Notes: generated by a model from the sequence alone, not told the origin. A stretch of 64,000 nt of DNA from Escherichia coli (GCF_016026235.1 NZ_CP065613.1), one strand, 5' to 3'. Positions 22,979 to 34,776 are shown, numbered from the stretch's first letter. A program made the numbers and translations.

Positions 22979-24259
22979 ATGACCGAACATACCAGCAGTT
23001 ATTACGCCGCCAGTGCGCATAAATACGCGCCATTCGACACGCTGAATGAGTCAATCACCTGCGACGTTTGCGTGGTCGGCGGCGGCTATACCGGGCTGTC
23101 TTCCGCGCTACATCTGGCGGAAGCGGGCTTTGACGTAGTGGTTCTCGAAGCCTCACGCATCGGCTTTGGCGCCAGCGGACGCAACGGCGGACAGCTTGTG
23201 AACTCCTACAGCCGCGACATTGACGTGATCGAAAAAAGCTACGGCATGGACACCGCCCGTATGCTCGGCAGCATGATGTTTGAGGGTGGTGAGATCATCC
23301 GCGAACGTATCAAACGTTATCAGATTGACTGCGACTACCGCCCCGGCGGTCTGTTTGTGGCGATGAATGATAAACAGCTCGCCACACTTGAAGAGCAGAA
23401 AGAGAACTGGGAACGCTACGGCAATAAACAGCTGGAGATGCTGGACGCCAACGCCATTCGCCGCGAGGTCGCCAGCGATCGCTACACTGGTGCGCTGCTG
23501 GATCACAGCGGCGGGCATATTCACCCGCTGAACCTCGCCATTGGTGAAGCGGACGCTATCCGCCTGAACGGCGGGCGCGTGTATGAGCTTTCCGCAGTGA
23601 CGCAGATCCAGCACACCACGCCCGCCGTAGTGCGTACAGCCACAGGTCAGGTGACGGCGAAGTATGTGATTGTCGCCGGGAATGCCTACCTGGGCGATAA
23701 AGTGGAGCCGGAGCTGGCGAAACGCAGCATGCCGTGCGGCACGCAGGTGATCACCACCGAGCGGCTGTCGGAAGATTTAGCCCGTTCCCTTATCCCGAAA
23801 AACTACTGTGTGGAAGACTGTAACTATCTGCTTGATTACTATCGTCTTACCGCCGATAACCGCCTGCTGTATGGCGGCGGCGTAGTGTACGGCGCGCGCG
23901 ACCCGGATGACGTTGAGCGTCTTGTGGTGCCGAAACTGCTGAAAACCTTCCCGCAGTTGAAGGGCGTGAAAATCGACTATCGCTGGACGGGCAACTTCCT
24001 GCTGACCCTGTCACGGATGCCGCAGTTTGGTCGCCTCGATACCAACATCTATTACATGCAGGGTTACAGCGGCCACGGCGTCACCTGTACTCATCTCGCC
24101 GGACGTTTGATTGCCGAACTGCTGCGCGGCGACGCCGAACGTTTCGATGCCTTCGCCAATCTGCCGCATTACCCGTTCCCCGGCGGGCGCACACTGCGTG
24201 TGCCGTTTACCGCGATGGGCGCGGCTTATTACAGCCTGCGCGATCGTCTGGGCGTTTAA
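22979..24259 (+). CDS. puuB: Gamma-glutamylputrescine oxidase (FAD)
   Basis: 426 aa; FAD-binding GxGxxG (VVGGGYTGLS). Confidence 0.9.
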   Translation: MTEHTSSYYAASAHKYAPFDTLNESITCDVCVVGGGYTGLSSALHLAEAGFDVVVLEASRIGFGASGRNGGQLVNSYSRDIDVIEKSYGMDTARMLGSMMFEGGEIIRERIKRYQIDCDYRPGGLFVAMNDKQLATLEEQKENWERYGNKQLEMLDANAIRREVASDRYTGALLDHSGGHIHPLNLAIGEADAIRLNGGRVYELSAVTQIQHTTPAVVRTATGQVTAKYVIVAGNAYLGDKVEPELAKRSMPCGTQVITTERLSEDLARSLIPKNYCVEDCNYLLDYYRLTADNRLLYGGGVVYGARDPDDVERLVVPKLLKTFPQLKGVKIDYRWTGNFLLTLSRMPQFGRLDTNIYYMQGYSGHGVTCTHLAGRLIAELLRGDAERFDAFANLPHYPFPGGRTLRVPFTAMGAAYYSLRDRLGV

Positions 24260-24296
24260 TTTCCGATTAACAGTGAAGAGTCAAAAGGTGTGAAAC

Positions 24297-25562
24297 ATGA
24301 GCAACAATGAATTCCATCAGCGTCGTCTTTCTGCCACCCCGCGCGGGGTTGGCGTGATGTGTAACTTCTTCGCCCAGTCGGCTGAAAACGCCACGCTGAA
24401 GGATGTTGAGGGCAACGAGTACATCGATTTTGCCGCAGGCATTGCGGTGCTGAATACCGGGCATCGCCACCCTGAACTGGTCGCGGCGGTGGAGCAGCAA
24501 CTGCAACAGTTTACCCACACCGCGTACCAGATTGTGCCGTATGAAAGCTACGTCACCCTGGCGGAGAAAATCAATGCCCTTGCGCCGGTGAGCGGGCAGG
24601 CTAAAACCGCGTTCTTCACCACCGGTGCGGAAGCGGTGGAAAACGCGGTGAAAATCGCCCGCGCCCATACCGGACGCCCTGGCGTGATTGCGTTTAGCGG
24701 CGGCTTTCACGGTCGTACGTATATGACTATGGCGTTAACTGGAAAGGTCGCGCCGTACAAAATCGGCTTCGGCCCGTTCCCTGGTTCGGTGTATCACGTA
24801 CCTTATCCGTCAGATTTACACGGCATTTCAACACAGGACTCCCTCGACGCCATCGAACGCTTGTTTAAATCAGACATCGAAGCGAAGCAGGTCGCGGCCA
24901 TTATTTTCGAACCGGTGCAGGGCGAGGGCGGTTTCAACGTTGCGCCAAAAGAGCTGGTTGCCGCCATTCGCCGCCTGTGCGACGAGCACGGTATTGTGAT
25001 GATTGCTGATGAAGTGCAAAGCGGCTTTGCGCGTACCGGTAAGCTGTTTGCCATGGATCATTACGCCGATAAGCCGGATTTAATGACGATGGCGAAAAGC
25101 CTCGCGGGCGGGATGCCGCTTTCGGGCGTGGTCGGTAACGCGAATATTATGGACGCACCCGCGCCGGGCGGGCTTGGCGGCACCTACGCCGGTAACCCGC
25201 TGGCGGTGGCTGCCGCGCACGCGGTGCTCAACATTATCGACAAAGAATCACTCTGTGAACGCGCGAATCAACTGGGCCAGCGTCTGACAAACACGCTGAT
25301 TGATGCCAAAGAAAGCGTTCCGGCCATCGCGGCGGTACGCGGTCTGGGGTCTATGATCGCGGCTGAGTTTAACGATCCGCAAACGGGCGAACCGTCAGCG
25401 GCGATTGCGCAGAAAATCCAGCAACGCGCGCTGGCGCAGGGGCTGCTTCTGCTGACCTGTGGCGCATACGGCAACGTGATTCGTTTCCTGTATCCGCTGA
25501 CCATCCCGGATGCGCAATTCGATGCGGCAATGAAAATTTTGCAGGATGCGCTGAGCGATTAA
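24297..25562 (+). CDS. puuE: 4-aminobutyrate aminotransferase (PLP)
   Basis: 421 aa; class III aminotransferase. Confidence 0.9.
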   Translation: MSNNEFHQRRLSATPRGVGVMCNFFAQSAENATLKDVEGNEYIDFAAGIAVLNTGHRHPELVAAVEQQLQQFTHTAYQIVPYESYVTLAEKINALAPVSGQAKTAFFTTGAEAVENAVKIARAHTGRPGVIAFSGGFHGRTYMTMALTGKVAPYKIGFGPFPGSVYHVPYPSDLHGISTQDSLDAIERLFKSDIEAKQVAAIIFEPVQGEGGFNVAPKELVAAIRRLCDEHGIVMIADEVQSGFARTGKLFAMDHYADKPDLMTMAKSLAGGMPLSGVVGNANIMDAPAPGGLGGTYAGNPLAVAAAHAVLNIIDKESLCERANQLGQRLTNTLIDAKESVPAIAAVRGLGSMIAAEFNDPQTGEPSAAIAQKIQQRALAQGLLLLTCGAYGNVIRFLYPLTIPDAQFDAAMKILQDALSD

Positions 25563-25579
25563 TAGCCCAACGCAATAAT

Positions 25580-25660
25580 GTCTGATACGCTGCGCTTATC
25601 AGACCTGCAAACGACGTATTGATTATGTATGCCGGATAAGGCGTTCACGCCGCATCCGGC
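25580..25660. repeat. BIME: two REP elements between puuE and pspF
   Basis: GTCTGATACGCTGCGCTTATCAGAC (25580-25604) and GCCGGATAAGGCGTTCACGCCGCATCCGGC (25631-25660). Confidence 0.65.
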
Positions 25661-25679
25661 AAGTTGTATTGCCCAAATG

Positions 25680-26657
25680 CTAAATCTGGTGCTTTTTCAA
25701 CAACGCGCGGAACTGATGATAGGTTAACCCCAGCAATTCAGCCGCGCGCTTTTGGTTATATTTCCCCTGTTGCAAACTGAGTTGCAGTAACTCTTTTTCC
25801 TGCTGCATCTGAAACTCGCGTAAATCCAGCGGCAGCGTCGGGAGCGAGGTGGTTTCTGAAACGGCGATGGTTTCTTCAGAGGGACGCCGTTTAAAGGGAT
25901 CAATAATGATGTCATCAAGCGGATAATCGCTGGTGCCGTGGCGATACACTGAACGTTCCACCACGTTTTTCAATTCACGAATATTTCCCGGCCAGCGATA
26001 ATTCAGCAATGTTTCTCTGGCGCGCTCCGTAAACCCCGGGAACAGAGGCAGTTTGATTTCCCGACACATCTGGATGGCAAAGTGTTCTGCCATCAACATA
26101 ATGTCGCTTTCACGCTCGCGCAGTGGCGGCAGTTGCACAACATCGAACGCTAGTCGGTCGAGCAGATCAGCGCGAAAAGTACCTTCATTGACCATCGCCG
26201 GGAGATCGGCATTCGTTGCACATACCAGCCGCACATTCACCTGCAATGGCTGACTACCGCCTACGCGCTCCAGTTCACCGTACTCAATCACGCGCAATAA
26301 TTTTTCCTGCACCATCATCGGTGCCGTAGCGAGTTCATCAAGAAATAGCGTACCGCCGTCGGCACGTTCAAATCTCCCTGGATGACGTTTTTGCGCACCG
26401 GTAAACGCGCCAGCTTCGTGACCAAACAGTTCGGAATCCAGCAGATTTTCATTTAACGCCGCGCAGTTAAGGGAAATAAACGGCCCTTGCCAACGGGAGG
26501 AGAGATAATGCAGGCGGCTGGCGATCAGCTCTTTACCGGTGCCGCGCTCGCCGATGATGAGCACAGGTTTGTCCAGCGGTGCGAGATGCGAAACCTGTTC
26601 CAGCACTTCGAGAAAGCTGTTCGCCTCACCAAGTAAATTATCTTTGTATTCTGCCAT
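25680..26657 (-). CDS. pspF: Sigma-54 dependent activator PspF
   Basis: ORF 25680..26672; AAA+ domain with GAFTGA loop, C-terminal HTH; start probably MAEYKDNLLGEA. Confidence 0.9.
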   Translation of the reverse strand: MAEYKDNLLGEANSFLEVLEQVSHLAPLDKPVLIIGERGTGKELIASRLHYLSSRWQGPFISLNCAALNENLLDSELFGHEAGAFTGAQKRHPGRFERADGGTLFLDELATAPMMVQEKLLRVIEYGELERVGGSQPLQVNVRLVCATNADLPAMVNEGTFRADLLDRLAFDVVQLPPLRERESDIMLMAEHFAIQMCREIKLPLFPGFTERARETLLNYRWPGNIRELKNVVERSVYRHGTSDYPLDDIIIDPFKRRPSEETIAVSETTSLPTLPLDLREFQMQQEKELLQLSLQQGKYNQKRAAELLGLTYHQFRALLKKHQI

Positions 26658-26751
26658 GATGAAATTCGCCACTTGTTAGTGTAATTCGCTAACTCATCCT
26701 GGCATGTTGCTGTTGATTCTTCAATCAGATCTTTATAAATCAAAAAGATAA

Positions 26752-27492
<741 letters not shown>

Positions 27493-27545
27493 TAACATCC
27501 AGGCGGCGTCCGAACGCGCCGCCGCTCATCGTCTAAGGAGTACTT

Positions 27546-27770
27546 ATGAGCGCGCTATTTCTGGCTATTCCGTTAACCATTTTTGTGCTGTTTGTTTTAC
27601 CGATCTGGTTATGGCTGCATTACAGCAATCGTTCTGGTCGCAGTGAATTGTCGCAAAGTGAGCAGCAGCGATTAGCGCAACTGGCTGATGAAGCAAAACG
27701 GATGCGCGAACGTATTCAGGCGCTGGAATCTATTCTTGATGCAGAACATCCGAACTGGAGGGATCGCTAA
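27546..27770 (+). CDS. pspB: Phage shock protein B
   Basis: 74 aa, single transmembrane segment. Confidence 0.9.
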   Translation: MSALFLAIPLTIFVLFVLPIWLWLHYSNRSGRSELSQSEQQRLAQLADEAKRMRERIQALESILDAEHPNWRDR

Positions 27771-28129
27771 TGGCGGGCATTAATCTCAATAAAAAATTAT
27801 GGCGTATTCCACAGCAGGGCATGGTCCGCGGCGTCTGCGCCGGGATTGCCAACTATTTTGATGTACCGGTAAAACTGGTGCGTATCCTGGTGGTGCTGTC
27901 GATTTTCTTCGGTCTGGCGCTGTTTACCCTGGTTGCTTACATCATTTTGTCATTTGCGCTTGATCCAATGCCGGACAACATGGCCTTTGGTGAGCAGCTA
28001 CCTTCCAGCAGCGAATTGCTGGATGAAGTCGACCGTGAACTGGCGGCAAGTGAAACGCGTTTACGCGAGATGGAACGTTATGTCACTTCCGATACTTTCA
28101 CGTTACGTAGCCGTTTCCGTCAACTGTGA
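27770..28129 (+). CDS. pspC: Phage shock protein C
   Basis: 119 aa; start overlaps the pspB stop. Confidence 0.9.
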
Positions 28130-28137
28130 GGAAAGTT

Positions 28138-28359
28138 ATGAATACTCGCTGGCAACAGGCCGGGCAAAAGGTAAAGCCTGGTTTCAAATTAGCAGGCAAG
28201 CTGGTACTTCTTACCGCACTGCGCTATGGCCCGGCGGGTGTAGCGGGCTGGGCGATAAAATCAGTTGCTCGCCGACCGCTGAAAATGTTGCTGGCTGTGG
28301 CGCTGGAACCGCTGTTAAGTCGGGCTGCTAATAAACTGGCACAGCGTTATAAAAGGTGA
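28138..28359 (+). CDS. pspD: Phage shock protein D
   Basis: ORF 28126..28359; probable start at [10 protein letters not shown]. Confidence 0.85.
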
Positions 28360-28433
28360 GGGGAGTTTCGCAAAAATTGTTAAATCTCAGGCGTATAATG
28401 GATGGCAATTTTCATCCATAGAAGGACGCTTAC

Positions 28434-28748
28434 ATGTTTAAAAAAGGCTTACTTGCTCTGGCACTGGTGTTTTCACTGCCCGTTTTCGCCGCTGAACACT
28501 GGATCGATGTTCGTGTTCCAGAGCAGTATCAGCAAGAGCACGTTCAGGGGGCCATCAATATTCCCCTGAAGGAAGTGAAAGAGCGCATTGCCACCGCCGT
28601 TCCGGATAAAAACGACACCGTGAAAGTGTATTGCAATGCCGGACGCCAGTCAGGGCAAGCAAAAGAGATCCTTAGCGAGATGGGATATACCCACGTTGAG
28701 AACGCCGGTGGCCTGAAAGACATCGCAATGCCGAAGGTCAAAGGTTAA
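28434..28748 (+). CDS. pspE: Periplasmic rhodanese (thiosulfate sulfurtransferase) PspE
   Basis: 104 aa; signal peptide and rhodanese active-site Cys (CNAGRQS). Confidence 0.9.
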   Translation: MFKKGLLALALVFSLPVFAAEHWIDVRVPEQYQQEHVQGAINIPLKEVKERIATAVPDKNDTVKVYCNAGRQSGQAKEILSEMGYTHVENAGGLKDIAMPKVKG

Positions 28749-28763
28749 AAGAATTCACCATGA

Positions 28764-28788
28764 GCGGCGCTTATGCGCCGTTTTTTTT
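28764..28788 (+). terminator. Intrinsic terminator after pspE
   Basis: Stem CGGCGC-TTAT-GCGCCG followed by T8. Confidence 0.75.
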
Positions 28789-28932
28789 CTGTCACACCTT
28801 ATTTACATCCCCATAGATTATTTGCGTCAGCTCACAAATACGCTTTTTCCCTGGTAAAAAATGATTTCCTGCGTGACTAAAACCCTTGTGCTCAATTGAC
28901 AGTTTATTTTCTGCGGAGTAGTCTCTCGTTTC

Positions 28933-28948
28933 ATGGGACCGCTACCAC
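28933..28948. promoter_or_regulatory. Candidate YcjW (LacI-family) operator 1, upstream of ycjM
   Basis: ATGGGACCGCTACCAC: imperfect dyad with central CG (TGGnAnC-GnTnCCA pattern), 12 bp upstream of the ycjM ATG; identical 16-mer at 38860-38875. Confidence 0.55.
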
Positions 28949-28959
28949 GGAAAGGCAAC

Positions 28960-30639
28960 ATGAAACAGAAAATTACGGATTACCTGGACGAAATCTACGA
29001 TGGAACATTTACCGCAACTCATTTACAGAAACTTGTAACGCGTCTTGAGAGTGCGAAACGATTAATTACACAGCGACGTAAAAAACACTGGGATGAAAGT
29101 GATGTCGTGTTAATTACCTATGCCGATCAATTTCACAGCAATGATTTAAAACCATTACCCACATTTAATCAGTTTTACCATCAATGGCTGCAAAGCATTT
29201 TTTCACATGTTCATTTGTTGCCGTTTTATCCATGGTCATCTGATGATGGCTTTTCGGTAATTGATTATCATCAGGTCGCCAGTGAAGCGGGGGAGTGGCA
29301 GGATATTCAGCAACTCGGTGAATGCAGTCATTTAATGTTTGATTTTGTCTGCAACCATATGTCGGCAAAAAGTGAATGGTTTAAAAACTATTTACAACAG
29401 CATCCAGGTTTTGAAGATTTTTTTATTGCCGTTGACCCGCAAACCGATCTCAGCGCCGTCACTCGCCCGCGTGCGTTACCGTTATTAACGCCATTCCAGA
29501 TGCGCGATCATTCAACGCGCCATTTATGGACCACCTTTAGTGACGATCAAATTGACCTGAATTACCGTAGCCCTGAAGTGTTGCTGGCGATGGTGGATGT
29601 TTTACTCTGTTACCTTGCGAAAGGTGCTGAGTATGTCCGCCTGGATGCCGTTGGCTTTATGTGGAAAGAGCCGGGAACAAGCTGCATCCATCTGGAAAAA
29701 ACACATCTGATTATCAAACTGTTACGGTCGATTATTGATAACGTTGCGCCAGGTACAGTGATCATTACCGAGACCAATGTTCCGCATAAAGACAACATTG
29801 CTTACTTTGGCGCAGGCGATGACGAAGCACATATGGTGTACCAGTTCTCGCTGCCGCCACTGGTGCTGCATGCGGTGCAAAAACAGAACGTTGAGGCGCT
29901 TTGTGCGTGGGCGCAAAACCTGACACTACCTTCCAGCAACACCACCTGGTTTAACTTCCTCGCCTCTCACGATGGCATCGGGCTAAACCCGCTACGGGGC
30001 TTGTTGCCTGAAAGCGAAATATTAGAGCTGGTCGAGGCGTTACAGCAGGAAGGTGCATTAGTAAACTGGAAAAATAATCCCGACGGTACACGCAGTCCGT
30101 ATGAAATAAATGTGACCTATATGGATGCGTTAAGCCGCCGTGAGAGTAGCGATGAAGAACGTTGCGCCAGGTTTATTCTCGCCCATGCGATTTTGTTAAG
30201 TTTCCCCGGTGTGCCAGCGATATATATTCAAAGTATTCTTGGCTCGCGTAATGATTACGCAGGTGTCGAAAAACTCGGATATAACCGTGCGATTAACCGT
30301 AAAAAATATCACAGTAAAGAGATAACCCGAGAACTGAACGATGAAGCTACATTAAGGCATGCGGTATATCATGAGTTGTCGCGTTTAATTACACTTCGTC
30401 GCAGCCATAACGAGTTTCATCCGGATAATAATTTTACCATCGATACGATTAATTCATCCGTAATGCGTATTCAAAGAAGTAACGCTGATGGTAATTGTCT
30501 GACTGGATTGTTTAATGTCAGTAAAAATATTCAGCATGTAAATATTACTAATCTGCATGGTCGGGATCTGATTAGTGAAGTTGATATATTGGGTAATGAA
30601 ATAACGCTGCGCCCCTGGCAGGTTATGTGGATTAAATAA
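28960..30639 (+). CDS. ycjM: GH13_18 sucrose-phosphorylase-like glycoside phosphorylase (glucosylglycerate phosphorylase)
   Basis: ORF 28933..30639; start at MKQKITDYLDE. Confidence 0.88.
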   Translation: MKQKITDYLDEIYDGTFTATHLQKLVTRLESAKRLITQRRKKHWDESDVVLITYADQFHSNDLKPLPTFNQFYHQWLQSIFSHVHLLPFYPWSSDDGFSVIDYHQVASEAGEWQDIQQLGECSHLMFDFVCNHMSAKSEWFKNYLQQHPGFEDFFIAVDPQTDLSAVTRPRALPLLTPFQMRDHSTRHLWTTFSDDQIDLNYRSPEVLLAMVDVLLCYLAKGAEYVRLDAVGFMWKEPGTSCIHLEKTHLIIKLLRSIIDNVAPGTVIITETNVPHKDNIAYFGAGDDEAHMVYQFSLPPLVLHAVQKQNVEALCAWAQNLTLPSSNTTWFNFLASHDGIGLNPLRGLLPESEILELVEALQQEGALVNWKNNPDGTRSPYEINVTYMDALSRRESSDEERCARFILAHAILLSFPGVPAIYIQSILGSRNDYAGVEKLGYNRAINRKKYHSKEITRELNDEATLRHAVYHELSRLITLRRSHNEFHPDNNFTIDTINSSVMRIQRSNADGNCLTGLFNVSKNIQHVNITNLHGRDLISEVDILGNEITLRPWQVMWIK

Positions 30640-30652
30640 AAAGGAACATCTC

Positions 30653-31945
30653 ATGATTAAATCAAAAATCGTGCTGTTATCAGCACTGGTTTCCTGCGCC
30701 CTGATTTCAGGCTGTAAAGAAGAAAATAAAACGAATGTATCCATCGAATTTATGCATTCTTCGGTGGAGCAGGAGCGCCAGGCCGTTATCAGTAAATTGA
30801 TTGCCCGTTTTGAAAAAGAAAACCCTGGCATCACCGTTAAGCAAGTGCCCGTGGAAGAAGATGCCTATAACACTAAAGTCATTACTCTTTCACGTAGCGG
30901 TTCGCTGCCGGAAGTGATCGAAACCAGCCATGACTACGCCAAAGTGATGGACAAAGAGCAGCTTATCGATCGCAAAGCGGTTGCCACAGTCATCAGCAAC
31001 GTTGGTGAAGGCGCGTTTTACGATGGCGTACTGCGTATTGTGCGTACCGAAGATGGTAGCGCATGGACCGGTGTTCCTGTCAGCGCCTGGATTGGCGGTA
31101 TCTGGTATCGCAAAGATGTGCTGGCAAAAGCGGGGCTTGAGGAGCCGAAAAACTGGCAACAGCTGCTGGACGTTGCACAGAAACTGAATGACCCGGCGAA
31201 TAAAAAATACGGCATTGCGCTGCCTACAGCAGAAAGCGTGTTGACGGAACAATCCTTCTCCCAGTTTGCGTTATCCAACCAGGCTAACGTCTTTAACGCC
31301 GAAGGCAAAATCACCCTTGATACACCAGAGATGATGCAGGCACTGACCTATTACCGCGACCTTGCTGCCAACACTATGCCGGGTTCTAACGACATCATGG
31401 AAGTGAAAGACGCCTTTATGAACGGCACCGCGCCGATGGCGATTTACTCCACCTATATCCTTCCGGCTGTGATTAAAGAAGGCGACCCGAAAAACGTCGG
31501 TTTCGTGGTGCCAACCGAGAAAAACTCTGCGGTCTACGGCATGTTGACCTCGCTGACCATTACCGCCGGGCAAAAGACCGAAGAGACGGAAGCAGCAGAA
31601 AAATTTGTCACCTTTATGGAGCAGGCAGACAACATTGCCGACTGGGTGATGATGTCGCCAGGTGCTGCGCTGCCGGTGAATAAAGCGGTTGTCACTACCG
31701 CCACCTGGAAAGACAACGACGTTATTAAGGCGCTGGGTGAACTACCGAATCAGCTAATCGGTGAACTGCCAAATATTCAGGTCTTTGGTGCAGTAGGGGA
31801 TAAAAACTTTACCCGCATGGGTGATGTGACGGGTTCTGGCGTGGTGAGCTCCATGGTGCATAACGTCACCGTGGGTAAAGCCGATCTCCCTGGCACGCTG
31901 CAAGCGAGCCAGAAAAAGCTGGATGAACTGATCGAACAGCACTAA
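30653..31945 (+). CDS. ycjN: Sugar ABC transporter periplasmic binding protein
   Basis: 430 aa; lipoprotein-type signal (LISGC). Confidence 0.9.
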   Translation: MIKSKIVLLSALVSCALISGCKEENKTNVSIEFMHSSVEQERQAVISKLIARFEKENPGITVKQVPVEEDAYNTKVITLSRSGSLPEVIETSHDYAKVMDKEQLIDRKAVATVISNVGEGAFYDGVLRIVRTEDGSAWTGVPVSAWIGGIWYRKDVLAKAGLEEPKNWQQLLDVAQKLNDPANKKYGIALPTAESVLTEQSFSQFALSNQANVFNAEGKITLDTPEMMQALTYYRDLAANTMPGSNDIMEVKDAFMNGTAPMAIYSTYILPAVIKEGDPKNVGFVVPTEKNSAVYGMLTSLTITAGQKTEETEAAEKFVTFMEQADNIADWVMMSPGAALPVNKAVVTTATWKDNDVIKALGELPNQLIGELPNIQVFGAVGDKNFTRMGDVTGSGVVSSMVHNVTVGKADLPGTLQASQKKLDELIEQH

Positions 31946-31965
31946 ACCCAGGACAGGAATCCGCA

Positions 31966-32847
31966 ATGAACAGGCTTTTTTCAGGTCGTTCCGATATGCC
32001 CTTTGCGCTGCTGCTTCTCGCGCCCAGCTTATTACTGCTGGGTGGTCTGGTGGCCTGGCCAATGGTGTCGAATATCGAAATCAGTTTTTTACGTCTGCCG
32101 CTCAATCCCAACATCGAGTCAACCTTTGTTGGGGTGAGTAACTATGTGCGTATCCTCTCCGAGCCCGGCTTCTGGCACTCGCTGTGGATGACGGTCTGGT
32201 ATACCGCGCTGGTGGTGGCGGGCAGCACCGTCCTCGGGCTGGCAGTGGCGATGTTTTTCAACCGCGAGTTCCGCCTGCGCAAAACCGCGCGTTCGCTGGT
32301 GATCCTCTCCTACGTAACGCCGTCCATTTCGCTGGTGTTTGCCTGGAAATACATGTTCAACAACGGCTACGGCATTGTGAACTACCTCGGCGTCGATCTT
32401 CTGCATCTCTATGAGCAGGCACCACTGTGGTTCGATAATCCGGGCAGTAGCTTTGTGCTGGTGGTGCTGTTCGCCATCTGGCGCTACTTCCCGTATGCCT
32501 TTATCTCGTTTCTGGCGATTTTGCAGACCATCGACAAATCGCTGTACGAAGCGGCAGAGATGGATGGCGCTAATGCCTGGCAACGGTTTCGTATCGTCAC
32601 GCTGCCCGCGATTATGCCGGTCCTGGCGACGGTGGTGACCCTGCGCACCATCTGGATGTTCTACATGTTCGCGGATGTTTATTTGCTGACGACCAAGGTC
32701 GATATTCTCGGTGTATATCTCTACAAAACCGCCTTTGCCTTTAATGACTTAGGGAAAGCGGCGGCGATCTCGGTGGTGCTATTCATCATTATTTTCGCTG
32801 TCATTCTGCTGACCAGAAAACGGGTGAACCTCAATGGCAACAAATAA
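31966..32847 (+). CDS. ycjO: Sugar ABC transporter permease
   Basis: 293 aa; MalF/G-type permease. Confidence 0.9.
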   Translation: MNRLFSGRSDMPFALLLLAPSLLLLGGLVAWPMVSNIEISFLRLPLNPNIESTFVGVSNYVRILSEPGFWHSLWMTVWYTALVVAGSTVLGLAVAMFFNREFRLRKTARSLVILSYVTPSISLVFAWKYMFNNGYGIVNYLGVDLLHLYEQAPLWFDNPGSSFVLVVLFAIWRYFPYAFISFLAILQTIDKSLYEAAEMDGANAWQRFRIVTLPAIMPVLATVVTLRTIWMFYMFADVYLLTTKVDILGVYLYKTAFAFNDLGKAAAISVVLFIIIFAVILLTRKRVNLNGNK

Positions 32848-33676
32848 ACGCACACTCAGTCGCATCGGTTTTTACTGCGGGCTGGCGCTGTTTCTCATCA
32901 TCACGCTATTTCCGTTTTTTGTGATGCTGATGACCTCGTTCAAGGGCGCGAAAGAGGCGATCTCACTGCATCCTACGCTGCTGCCGCAGCAGTGGACGCT
33001 GGAGCATTACGTCGACATTTTTAACCCGATGATTTTCCCGTTTGTCGACTACTTCCGTAACAGTCTGGTGGTGTCGGTGGTTTCATCCGTGGTGGCGGTA
33101 TTCCTCGGCATTCTTGGGGCTTACGCGCTTTCCCGCCTGCGCTTTAAAGGTCGGATGACCATCAATGCCAGCTTTTACACGGTGTATATGTTCTCTGGCA
33201 TTTTGCTGGTGGTGCCGCTGTTCAAAATCATCACCGCGCTGGGCATTTACGACACCGAGATGGCGCTGATCATCACCATGGTGACGCAAACTCTGCCCAC
33301 CGCCGTGTTTATGCTGAAAAGCTACTTCGACACCATCCCCGATGAGATCGAAGAAGCGGCGATGATGGATGGCCTCAACCGTCTGCAAATTATCTTCCGC
33401 ATCACCGTGCCGTTGGCGATGTCCGGGCTGATATCCGTGTTCGTCTACTGCTTTATGGTGGCGTGGAACGACTATCTGTTTGCGTCGATTTTCCTCTCCA
33501 GCGCCAGCAATTTCACCTTACCGGTGGGCCTGAACGCGCTGTTCAGTACGCCAGATTACATCTGGGGACGGATGATGGCGGCCTCACTGGTGACCGCATT
33601 GCCGGTGGTGATTATGTATGCGCTTTCGGAACGTTTTATTAAGAGTGGTTTGACCGCCGGTGGCGTGAAGGGCTAA
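32834..33676 (+). CDS. ycjP: Sugar ABC transporter permease
   Basis: 280 aa; overlaps the ycjO end. Confidence 0.9.
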   Translation: MATNKRTLSRIGFYCGLALFLIITLFPFFVMLMTSFKGAKEAISLHPTLLPQQWTLEHYVDIFNPMIFPFVDYFRNSLVVSVVSSVVAVFLGILGAYALSRLRFKGRMTINASFYTVYMFSGILLVVPLFKIITALGIYDTEMALIITMVTQTLPTAVFMLKSYFDTIPDEIEEAAMMDGLNRLQIIFRITVPLAMSGLISVFVYCFMVAWNDYLFASIFLSSASNFTLPVGLNALFSTPDYIWGRMMAASLVTALPVVIMYALSERFIKSGLTAGGVKG

Positions 33677-33706
33677 AGCGGCCAGTTTCTTTACAAGGAG
33701 TTTTAA

Positions 33707-34759
33707 ATGAAAAAGTTAGTAGCCACAGCACCCCGTGTTGCTGCGCTGGTTGAGTATGAAGATCGGGCGATTTTAGCCAATGAAGTGAAAATCCGCGTGC
33801 GTTTCGGCGCACCGAAACACGGAACGGAAGTGGTCGACTTCCGCGCCGCCAGCCCGTTTATCGATGAAGACTTTAACGGCGAATGGCAGATGTTCACTCC
33901 GCGTCCGGCAGATGCGCCGCGCGGCATTGAGTTTGGCAAATTCCAGCTTGGCAACATGGTGGTTGGCGACATTATCGAGTGCGGCAGCGACGTTACCGAC
34001 TACGCGGTGGGCGACAGCGTATGCGGCTACGGCCCGCTCTCCGAGACGGTCATCATTAACGCGGTGAATAACTACAAGCTGCGCAAAATGCCGGAAGGCA
34101 GCTCGTGGGAAAACGCCGTTTGTTACGACCCGGCGCAGTTTGCCATGAGCGGCGTGCGCGATGCCAACGTGCGCGTGGGTGATTTTGTTGTGGTGGTAGG
34201 GCTTGGCGCGATTGGTCAAATTGCCATTCAACTGGCGAAACGCGCTGGCGCGTCGGTCGTGATTGGCGTCGATCCTATCGCCCATCGCTGTGATATTGCC
34301 CGTCGCCACGGCGCGGATTTCTGCCTTAACCCCATTGGTACTGACGTAGGCAAAGAGATCAAAACGCTGACCGGCAAGCAGGGTGCCGATGTGATTATCG
34401 AAACCAGCGGCTATGCCGACGCGCTGCAATCGGCGTTCCGCGGTCTGGCCTACGGTGGCACCATCTCCTATGTCGCGTTTGCCAAACCATTTGCTGAAGG
34501 TTTTAACCTCGGACGCGAAGCGCATTTCAATAACGCCAAAATTGTTTTCTCCCGCGCGTGCAGCGAACCGAACCCGGATTATCCGCGCTGGAGCCGTAAG
34601 CGTATTGAAGAAACCTGCTGGGAACTGCTGATGAACGGTTATCTCAATTGCGAAGATTTAATCGACCCGGTAGTGACCTTTGCCAATAGCCCGGAAAGCT
34701 ACATGCAGTATGTCGATCAGCATCCGGAACAGAGCATCAAAATGGGCGTTACGTTTTAA
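33707..34759 (+). CDS. ycjQ: Zn-dependent medium-chain sugar dehydrogenase
   Basis: 350 aa; MDR family with GLGAIG Rossmann motif. Confidence 0.9.
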   Translation: MKKLVATAPRVAALVEYEDRAILANEVKIRVRFGAPKHGTEVVDFRAASPFIDEDFNGEWQMFTPRPADAPRGIEFGKFQLGNMVVGDIIECGSDVTDYAVGDSVCGYGPLSETVIINAVNNYKLRKMPEGSSWENAVCYDPAQFAMSGVRDANVRVGDFVVVVGLGAIGQIAIQLAKRAGASVVIGVDPIAHRCDIARRHGADFCLNPIGTDVGKEIKTLTGKQGADVIIETSGYADALQSAFRGLAYGGTISYVAFAKPFAEGFNLGREAHFNNAKIVFSRACSEPNPDYPRWSRKRIEETCWELLMNGYLNCEDLIDPVVTFANSPESYMQYVDQHPEQSIKMGVTF

Positions 34760-34776
34760 TTCAAAGGAATGAAAAA